The notes beneath the pieces are model-generated. The model saw only the letters and a program-made list of their open reading frames with translations, did not search any database and was not told the DNA's origin. Below, one piece after another: positions 41,901 to 51,061 of a stretch of 64,000 nt of DNA (position 1 is the stretch's first letter; each line of letters begins with the position of its first letter). The translations under genes and the position numbers were made by a program. The stretch comes from Podarcis vaucheri (lineage: Eukaryota). The DNA is taken from assembly GCA_965113315.1 (NCBI GenBank), contig OZ220375.1; one strand, 5' to 3'.

Positions 41901-44900
41901 TAATATGTATATTTTCTAACAATATTTGGAAATAAACTTCTAATAATATTTACTATGCCTCATTTATATATGACAGGGCTCAGGATGATCCAAATGAAAA
42001 TTATTCATGAAGCAAAAATTGGTTGATTCAGTTTTAATGGAAACAGGGGCATGGCTCAGTTGAAGTTCCATATCATATTCTTTTCAGGTCTAGGTAGGGC
42101 TGAACCACCCGACCTCATCTGCATTCCTATAGAGCTGATATTGCTTCCCCCATCATCCTCAAAGCATCAAGGTGGAAGCATATTTGTGAGACTTGCCAGA
42201 AGCCTGGAAACAGTAATCCACAGATGGGTGGTTTATATTTGGGATGCATAAACAGAGAATATATAACGCTTTCCCACCAGCTTCCTTCATTGAAGCCATA
42301 GCACCCATCTCTTGCTCCTGGTAGACTGCATGAGATATGCTGGTTGCCACAGTTGGGGCCAGGTAAAATATTTTGTTCTCTTCTTTCTTTGTCTGGCTCA
42401 GGTTGGAGGTATTTTTCCTTCTACTTCATATACCTAACCAGAATCTCCAGATAACTGCAGTTACTTGTGGGAGTCAGATAATTAGTTGAATTTGTTTTCT
42501 GGTCATTTGACATATATATACAGGAGAGGAAAAAGGTTGCCAAAACTGGTTTGTATGCTGTTGTCAGGGACTGTGCTGAGGAGGACTGTACTGAGGAGGA
42601 ATGGTGGGAGCCTCCCCCTCCCCCTGCTCCAGATCCTGACTCTTCCCAGAAGCAGGAGGACAGTATAGATTTGGAACAGTGATTTGCAGAGGGTCATTGT
42701 TCAGAAGGCAGAAGCTGGGAAATACTGGATGGGAAACAGATAGGAGAATCATAGAATCATAGAATCATAGAGTTGGAAGAGACCACAAGGGCCATCGAGT
42801 CCAACCCCCTGCCAAGCAGGAAACACCATCAGAGCACTCCTGACATATGGTTGTCAAGCCTCTGCTTAAAGACCTCCAAAGTAGGAGACTCCACCACACT
42901 CCTTGGCAGCAAATTCCACTGTCGAACAGCTCTTACTGTCAGGAAGTTCTTCCTAATGTTTAGGTGGAATCTTCTTTCTTGTAGAAGAAGAAACACTGGA
43001 AGAGAGAGGGTTAACAGATTCACAGTCTCTGGACAGCATTCACACACACACACTTCTCCAAAGTCATGGAGAGCTCAGAAAGTGGCAGAAGAGAAAGCAC
43101 AGAGGGTACAAGCTCAGATTGCATGACGTAAGAGTGACATAGATTAATAGGAAGGGAAGGGGGTGTGATCCTTAATTGGGAGCACTGCCTTTTCTAGGAG
43201 ATGTGTTCTTTGTTCTCTTGCTGTGATTATTAAAGTTTCTAACTTGTGAGAAGACTCCTTTTCTGCTTGTTATATTTGTCTACTGCCCTGGGGGGAAGAA
43301 GCCAATTCCTTGAAGCCTGACAGCTGTGGTCTCTATAGCCTGTTCAACAGGGTATGGTCACTTTACATATTAATCAATGTGGGCCTTAGATGGGGTGGTG
43401 AATCAGGAAGATCTCACCCAATCAAGAAAGGCTTAGGAGAGTGATAGAGGTTTGCCACACCTGGTCTTCTCCCTATATAGTTTACAATTTCTTAGCATTA
43501 ATAAAATGGTCCTAATTTAATATGTATATTGTGTTTTGCATCTTTACTTCTGATTTCCTAAGACAAACATTTAACTTCATATAAAATACATTTTCTGTAA
43601 AAATGTTTAAGGGATGACTGGTCCACTTTCTTATTCGAAGTTCAACAACTTAAAATTTCTTTCAAGTATTTCACCCTTTGGAAATTATTTCTGGTTTATT
43701 GATAGGTGGTGCCTATTTCTGTGTGTAATGACTACTGCTGCCCTGGTAATCAGAAGAAAAAGAAGGAAGGCGGGAAATTTTGCTGCTATGATTGTGTTCC
43801 ATGTCCAGAAGGGAAGGTCTCAAACAGAAATGGTATATGACAATGATCCCCTACCTACTGTGTGGCATCATGGTTAGAGTGTCAGACTATGATCTGGGAG
43901 ACCATGGTTCAAAACCCCACAGGGTTCAAATGAAGCCCACTGGGTTGCCTTGGGCCAATCATAAAAAAAATAATTTTATCATTTATTCCCTGTCCTTTTG
44001 CCTGGGTTCCCCCAGCCACTCTGGGCAGCTTACAGCACATATAAAATCACAGAAAACCTCAACCATTAAAAACTTCCCTATTCAAGTCTTCTTTCAGATG
44101 TCTTCTAAAAGTCATGAAGTTGTTTATCTTTGGCATCTGATGGGAGGGCATTCCACAAGGAAGGCACCACTGCCAAGAAGGTCCTCCGCCTGGTTTTAAC
44201 CAGGAGACCCTTGGAGGAGGAGCTCAGTTTCTGGGCTGAATGATAGAGGTGATGATGCTCCTTCAGGTATACTGGACCAAGGCTATTTAGGGCTTTAAAG
44301 GTCACCATCTCTTAACCTAACCTACATCACAGGGTGGTTGTGAGGTTGAAATGGGGAGGCAGAGAACCATGTACACTACCCTGAGCTCCATGGAAGAAAA
44401 TGGAGGTATATAATTGTATAATGATGATGATGATGATACTGTCAGAGAGTATTGGCTTCAGACCCCATTTTTACTTTTGTTTTTGAATAAAGAGGGCATG
44501 GGGTGAGGACACTGATGTAGAAATAAATCCCCCTATTTTCATCAAAGGAATGCTGGAGGGTATGGAATTGGCATGGCAGCATTGTTTCACTTGGATCTGC
44601 CATCCTGAAATCACCAGATAAAGCCTATTGACCTCCACCTGCAGGTTGAATGGAGTGGCAGCTTAAACTGCTTTAAGCAAAACTTTGATAATTTCAGTCA
44701 ACATCTTTAACAACAATTCAAATCATTCCACATCAAATCATGCTCATTCAGAATAAGAAGGTTCAGATGAACAGTAGCAACAATTGTTACATAGGAGGAA
44801 AACAAAACAAAACAAAACAAAACAAAACAGACATGCATTGCCACTGAAATTTTATCCTCTTCTGTTTTTTCAGATATGGAAAACTGCTTCAGATGCCCAG

Positions 44901-45775
44901 AAGATCAGTATCCAAACCAGAACAAAAATGGATGCATCCCCAAAATAATAAGCTTTCTTTCTTATGAGGAACCATTAGGGATCATCTTAGCCTCAGTTGC
45001 TCTTACTTTTTCCCTGATCACAATATTGGTGCTAGGAATGTTTATTCAACAAAAAAACACTCCCATAGTGAAAGCCAACAACTGGGACCTCACATTCACT
45101 CTCCTAGTCTCCCTCCTGCTCTGCTTCCTCTCATCTTTGCTGTTCCTAGGAAAACCTGGGAAAGTGACCTGCCTTCTTCGCCAACCAACTTTTGGCATTG
45201 TCTTCTCAGTAGCTATTTCTTGTGTGTTGGCCAAAACCATCACCGTAGTTGTAGCTTTCATGGCCACAAAGCCAGGCTCCAGTATGAGGAAGTGGGTGGG
45301 AAAAAGACTGACCAGTGTCATTGTTCTCCCCTGCTCTCTTACTCAAGCAAGCATCTGTACTGTGTGGTTGATGACTTCGCCTCCATTTCCTGCTCTAGAC
45401 ATGTACTCAGTAATGGAAGAAACCATTGTGCAGTGCAATGAAGGGTCAACTACCTTGTTTTACTGTGTCTTGGGCTACATGGGCTTCCTGGCCATTGCCA
45501 GCTTCATTGTGGCATTCAAAGCTCGTGAATTACCTGACAGTTTTAATGAGGCCAAGTTTATTACCTTCAGCATGTTGCTGTTTTGCAGTGTTTGGCTGAC
45601 CTTTGTTCCAACCTATCTGAGCACCAAAGGGAAATCCATGGTGGTGGTGGAGATCTTCTCCATCTTGTCTTCCAGTGCTGGATTGTTGGGATGCATCTTT
45701 GCCCCGAAATGTTACATCATTATGCTGAGGCCAGAGCTGAATAGCAGAGAGCAACTAATAAGGAGAAAGAAGTGA
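35908..45775 (+). CDS. V2R gene E, open frame, ~893 aa if the upstream ATG at 35908 is used
   Basis: join(35908..36176,38942..39233,40348..41211,41573..41800,43706..43832,44874..45775), 2682 nt in frame. The position homologous to the paralogs' start codon (35962) is GTC, so the start is uncertain. Confidence 0.88.
42562..43322 (+). mobile_element. Solo LTR with a nested CR1 fragment, in gene E intron 4
   Basis: TGTCAG...CTGACA termini; perfect 5-bp TSD GCTGT (42557-42561 / 43323-43327); a related copy lies at 56907-57441. Confidence 0.8.
42746..42981 (-). mobile_element. CR1 3' end nested in the solo LTR
   Basis: Near-identical to 34571-34805. Confidence 0.9.
43858..44438 (+). mobile_element. 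Old tRNA-derived SINE (Squam3/MIR-like) interrupted by an L2 3' fragment (~43975-44308, - strand)
   Basis: A/B-box-like tggcatcatggttagag...ggttcaaaacc; (ATG)n tail. The internal segment matches the L2 end at 2889-3255. Confidence 0.65.
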
Positions 45776-47039
45776 ACAATATTTTTGTTTTTATCCTATT
45801 GTATTGTTATATGTCCAACTCCCAAGAGACTGCGATCTACTCCCACTATGAAAAAAACTGACAGTGATCTACCTATTGGATTGACCAAACTTATTGGATT
45901 GATGAAAGTTGTTGAGCTTTTTTGGGGGACAAAGAACCAAAGTTGTTGGACATGCCAGTTATATACTAAGGGGTTTAGTATGTAAGTGGTTACTATGGAT
46001 GTCCTCTGAATCCCATGCTTTTGAGGAAGCTATTTCAAATTAATGTCACTTTCCAGCTTTGTTCTCCCCCCCCTCCAGGGGAAGGCAGCCAGCATTTCTC
46101 TGTAGTTTAAAAACAAGTGTCTTTACTCACCTGCATGAACAAACAAAAGTTTTCACTGTACTTGATTGAATGGGAACCCTTTTCAGACTGAGGACTAAAT
46201 TCCCCTCTGAGGACTATATTCCAATGGTGGGTGTCTCGAGAGATGAAAGTGGACAGAGCACCTAATGACATTCTCAGATTTCAAGGGCACTTCCAGCCAC
46301 ACAAAAAACACATGGGTGTTTGTGAAGTGGAGTCAGTGAAGGCTATAACCTGGGGAGAGTTCAGAGGGCCAGAGAGGGAAGTTTGGGGCTGACTTACAGC
46401 TTCTGAGATCCACCTTCCCCTGACTGAAACCACATGCCAGATGCCTATTCTCAACCATCCCACAGTATAGTTCTTCTCTCCTCAGTCTCTTCTTTCTATT
46501 TTGTTTCCCCTAAGCACTGTTTCCCCTTTGTTTCCCCTTTACTTTCCCCTAAGCACTGAGTTATTCTCAGCCTATCCTGTATTAGATTGTAATGAACCTC
46601 ACTGTAATAAAAAGGAATACTAAAGAAAAAGCAAGCTCAGCCTGTGTTCTTACCCAGTGCCAGTTAGCTCATCTTAATTCTCAAAGCACTGATTAAATCC
46701 CAGTACCCAGGAATCTAGAGGGAGTCGGGGCACCCACAAACCCATGATATTTACTGTGTGTAATCTCAAAAAAAAATGCAAAGGGATCTGGAAGTGATTG
46801 AAGAGAACTAAAAATATTTTTTTATAAGTTATTTAAATGATTCCATGTGAACCAGTTGATCTATTTACTTGAAGCACTACTTTTCTCTCACTCTTCAACC
46901 AAAAAGGTCTCCCACAGCAGTTTCTGCCAGTGATAGCCTGGGGTCAGCACTGGAGTCCATAACCTAAAATACATGAGTAAAATGGGAAAGGGGATTTGGA
47001 GGAATGTAGATGCCAGGGAATAAATTTAAAGGTTTACCG

Positions 47040-47089
47040 CTGCTGCTGCTGCTGCTGCTGCCGCTACTACTACTACTACTACTACTACT
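47040..47089. repeat. (CTG)n(CTA)n microsatellite
   Basis: Read directly from the sequence. Confidence 0.9.
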
Positions 47090-47334
47090 AATTGCCAGCA
47101 TATGTAATGCTTCTAATAATACAAACACTAATAATGTGACTGAGAAAGAGGAGGGGCCAAGGTGAAACAAGACAGATCCTTGAGAACTCATATATTTATT
47201 GATTCAAGAATTTATTTGTCCCTCTCTTCACTTAAGCAAATCTGCCACACCAGTAATTAGTATTAAAAACATGACACTCCATGACACAAATGGAAAGGAA
47301 ATTTGGAGAGATGTAGAGAGGGAAATAGTCTTAC

Positions 47335-47544
47335 TGTGGAACTTCAGACAGATTCTGTGATGGAAGCTCTTTGAAGAACACGTCATAAAATACATAATAG
47401 AGCAGAGAAACAATCCCACCATTGATGAGACCACTTGGATGGTACCACTCATGTGGAACAGGAAACGGATAATTCACAGGGCACCTCAAAGTATCTTCTT
47501 TGCAGTCGACAATACCAAGAGCCAAAAATACCGACCCCCAACAT
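47335..47544 (-). pseudogene. V2R pseudogene F: orphan, frameshifted exon 1
   Basis: Encodes ...[30 protein letters not shown]...SQNLSEVP, then donor gtaag (47334-47330). The ATG at 47544 (gccaggATGttg context, as in paralogs) is out of frame with this and reaches TGA. No exons 2-6 between here and gene E. Confidence 0.85.
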
Positions 47545-47602
47545 CCTGGCCTCCTAGCTTCTCTAAAAATACAGACCTTCCTGTGCCCATCAGTATCAAG
47601 TT

Positions 47603-49519
47603 GTGTGGCAAGTTCCCTCCCCCAAAGAAATGAAGGCACAGGACACGTTAGTTAAGGTTAATGGGCGTAAATGGCCACAACTTTATTGATTACAGAATTG
47701 AAGGTATTGGCCTTAGGCATTGGTTCCTATGACTACCCGGCATGGTAACCGGGAAGGGTTGAACACAAACCGTGGGGGTGTCCTGCTGGAGTACGCCAGC
47801 TAGGACCCCCACGGGTGTCACCGCTCGTGGGCGTGCCGGCGGCCCTCACCTTACTAGGTCTCGGACAAGGCAAACGCCCCCGGAGTCCTCTACCGGACTA
47901 CCCTTTTCTCGGGGGAAGGTGATGGCGTGTCCTTCCCCCCCATCCATTTGCATCACAATAGACCCCTGCCAATGCCTAACCGCCAAAACCGTGAAAGTTG
48001 TGACGATTTGCTACGAGGTAGGCGAAAAAACCAAAAGGCTGCAAAGTCGCCAACTTGGAAAAATTCCTACCAGGCCCCTTGCGGCGACCAACCGAAGTCC
48101 ATAGCAAGGTCAAGACTGCCTAACCTAAGGGTGGGTGGGCTGGGAAAAGCTTCTCTGCTGCCGAGGGGAAAGAGGGGGATCCCGGGGCGTGCCTGGCCTT
48201 AAATAGCCCAGGCCACGCCTCCCCAGCCCGCCTATTGGCGGGCAGGGGGAAGGCGGAGAGGCACGCCCCCGGGGATTCCCTGGCTCTCGCGGGGCTAAAC
48301 TCCAGCCCCGCGCTTGTGGGAGGGGCCAGCCCACAACACCCTCTCCTCCCGAGGCTCGGAAATGGCTTTGTGTGGCAAGTTCCCTCCCCCAAAGAAATGA
48401 AGACACAGGACACGTTAGTTAAGGTTAATGGGCGTAAATGGCCACAACTTTATTGATTACAGAATTGAAGGTATTGGCCTTAGGCATTGGTTCCTATGAC
48501 TACCCGGCATGGTAACCGGGAAGGGTTGAACACAAACCGTGGGGGTGTCCTGCTGGAGTACGCCAGCTAGGACCCCCACGGGTGTCACCGCTCGTGGGCG
48601 TGCCGGCGGCCCTCACCTTACTAGGTCTCGGACAAGGCAAACGCCCCCGGAGTCCTCTACCGGACTACCCTTTTCTCGGGGGAAGGTGATGGCGTGTCCT
48701 TCCCCCCCATCCATTTGCATCACAATAGACCCCTGCCAATGCCTAACCGCCAAAACCGTGAAAGTTGTGACGATTTGCTACGAGGTAGGCGAAAAAACCA
48801 AAAGGCTGCAAAGTCGCCAACTTGGAAAAATTCCTACCAGGCCCCTTGCGGCGACCAACCGAAGTCCATAGCAAGGTCAAGACTGCCTAACCTAAGGGTG
48901 GGTGGGCTGGGAAAAGCTTCTCTGCTGCCGAGGGGAAAGAGGGGGATCCCGGGGCGTGCCTGGCCTTAAATAGCCCAGGCCACGCCTCCCCAGCCCGCCT
49001 ATTGGCGGGCAGGGGGAAGGCGGAGAGGCACGCCCCCGGGGATTCCCTGGCTCTCGCGGGGCTAAACTCCAGCCCCGCGCTTGTGGGAGGGGCCAGCCCA
49101 CAACACCCTCTCCTCCCGAGGCTCGGAAATGGCTTTGTGTGGCAAGTTCCCTCCCCCAAAGAAATGAAGACACAGGACACGTTAGTTAAGGTTAATGGGC
49201 GTAAATGGCCACAACTTTATTGATTACAGAATTGAAGGTATTGGCCTTAGGCATTGGTTCCTATGACTACCCGGCATGGTAACCGGGAAGGGTTGAACAC
49301 AAACCGTGGGGGTGTCCTGCTGGAGTACGCCAGCTAGGACCCCCACGGGTGTCACCGCTCGTGGGCGTGCCGGCGGCCCTCACCTTACTAGGTCTCGGAC
49401 AAGGCAAACGCCCCCGGAGTCCTCTACCGGACTACCCTTTTCTCGGGGGAAGGTGATGGCGTGTCCTTCCCCCCCATCCATTTGCATCACAATAGACCCC
49501 TGCCAATGCCTAACCGCCA
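47603..49519 (-). repeat. 3' split-direct-repeat block of the Ngaro element; 767-bp period, ~2.5 copies (B3-X-A3-B2-X-A2-B1)
   Basis: B = 47603-47985, 48370-48752, 49137-49519 (383 bp). X = 47986-48145, 48753-48912 (160 bp). A = 48146-48369, 48913-49136 (224 bp). Copies look identical except G/A at 47636. Confidence 0.95.
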
Positions 49520-49546
49520 CTCGAGCAAAGCTCGCCGCCAATACCT

Positions 49547-50161
49547 TCAGGCCTGTAACCAACCCCTAATCCCTGCTATGATATCTCCCAACCATATATC
49601 ATTCCCTGCATCGGACAAATGCACGCCATCCCGCCTGTAGAGGGCCTCGTTGCTGAACTGTATGTTTGGGTGTCGGATGATGCACCCGCCCAAGGCCACC
49701 ACTCTACGTTCCACTGCCCGCTCTAAAACTTTCCTTGCTTTATTCACACCCACTGGGCTCGCGCAGTCCCTCCATGTCCTCCTCTCAAGCAACGAGGACC
49801 ACAGTATATTGATGTTTGGGTACACTGTCACCAGCTCGGACAGGTCATCAAAAATGTTCCATCTGAGGTCTATCGCCTTGCGGTATGCGAGGTCGTTCTC
49901 GCCCAACTGAATCACTAATGCATCCGGAGGCCCTTCAAAGGCAGCCTTCGCCATCACTGCTGGCTTGAACTCACTCCAGCGCATCCCTCTCCACGCTAGC
50001 CACGCCAGCTCCACCTTCGCAGGCAACTTCAGATTTTGCCCTAGCCCTGTACTCATGGCCCGAATCCTGGCCCAATGAACTATACTGTGGCCCACCAACC
50101 AGATGCGCGCCTTTTTAGATCCTGGAAAGCAAGCAGACGGGGAAAAGGGGTTTAGCGGCAT
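49547..50161 (-). CDS. SGNH/GDSL-type hydrolase ORF of the Ngaro element
   Basis: Block I LVGHS, block II RGM, block III QLGEND, block V DGVHLS: S-G-N-H residues plus DxxH. Confidence 0.85.
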   Translation of the reverse strand: MPLNPFSPSACFPGSKKARIWLVGHSIVHWARIRAMSTGLGQNLKLPAKVELAWLAWRGMRWSEFKPAVMAKAAFEGPPDALVIQLGENDLAYRKAIDLRWNIFDDLSELVTVYPNINILWSSLLERRTWRDCASPVGVNKARKVLERAVERRVVALGGCIIRHPNIQFSNEALYRRDGVHLSDAGNDIWLGDIIAGIRGWLQA

Positions 50162-50170
50162 ACCTCTTAG

Positions 50171-51061
50171 TCATACGCTATTTCTGACATATGTTTTATA
50201 AGCATTGGATCTCCATCTCCCCATTTCCTTAATCCTGTTGGTGGAGAGCCCCAGATGCACTGCGGTGGTGGCCGCCCCAATGCGGAAAGAATGTGCCGCA
50301 AACTCAGCCGCTGGTAGCCCACATGCCGTCAAAGCCATACGCATCACCCTGGTGAATTGCTGCCTGGCCAATCGCGACCCGTCTGCGTGGATCAGCAGGG
50401 GACCCGGGTTTTTTGGCCTGAGGTATAGAAAGCGTCTCGTGTCCCTTACCGGACAGGGGCCCTTGTCTTGGACTGCTGGAAGGCGGAGAAGAGTCCCTTT
50501 TCCCTGTTGGTCTGTCTTTGAGCTCCGCACCCTAACTATTAGATCCGACTGTGACAGGGTCAGATCGCTTAACAGGATGCCCCTCTGTGTATGGTTGACC
50601 CCCCCTTCGCAGACGACCTCCCCAATACGTAGTGCGCCAAAAAATGATATAGAGAACGCAGCCGAGAATAGGCGTGCTTCGTACTTAGACCAGCACACTG
50701 AGCGTAATGCTTTGTGAATCTGTGACAAGATGTCATACGTTATAGGCCGCCTCCTATCTGCACTAGGGGGGTGCTGTCTGCGCCATCCTTCCAGTGTCTT
50801 GCGTACGATAAAAGCCGCGCACGGGTCGGTCGCAAAAAAGGCTTTACAAAAGTAAGAAATCCCTGCTGACTGGATATTAAGGGTTTTGGGTGCCCTGCCT
50901 AACTCTTTCAGGTGAGCCAAGTAGTGGAGGACCTCTCTCGTTGAGGGTGTAGCGAAGGGCCTGGCGCCCGGTGTATTACTACGGAATTTTAGAAAATCCG
51001 CCCAAGCTTTCTTGTATGAACGCATTGTGGACGGAGCCACAGCACCGAATACTCCCTTCAT
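50171..51061 (-). CDS. Tyrosine recombinase (296 aa)
   Basis: FFGALRIGE (catalytic R), SKTDQ, CPV, HSFRIGAAT (HxxR), GRWRSNAYKTY (W and catalytic Y). The ATG overlaps the RT stop as TAATG. Confidence 0.95.
   Translation of the reverse strand: MKGVFGAVAPSTMRSYKKAWADFLKFRSNTPGARPFATPSTREVLHYLAHLKELGRAPKTLNIQSAGISYFCKAFFATDPCAAFIVRKTLEGWRRQHPPSADRRRPITYDILSQIHKALRSVCWSKYEARLFSAAFSISFFGALRIGEVVCEGGVNHTQRGILLSDLTLSQSDLIVRVRSSKTDQQGKGTLLRLPAVQDKGPCPVRDTRRFLYLRPKNPGPLLIHADGSRLARQQFTRVMRMALTACGLPAAEFAAHSFRIGAATTAVHLGLSTNRIKEMGRWRSNAYKTYVRNSV

Noticed and set aside
47603-48369. Hammerhead ribozyme in the repeat unit
   Set aside because: No CUGANGA...GAAA core with suitable stems was found by eye on either strand.
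47603-49519. CRISPR-like or satellite interpretation of the tandem repeat
   Set aside because: Eukaryotic context, no variable spacers (X is identical in both copies), and the unit is built from the retroelement's terminal repeats.
47772-49569. Repeated 73-110 aa ORFs on both strands of the 767-bp repeat
   Set aside because: These are by-products of GC-rich repeat sequence; most have non-ATG starts and none shows a recognisable domain.
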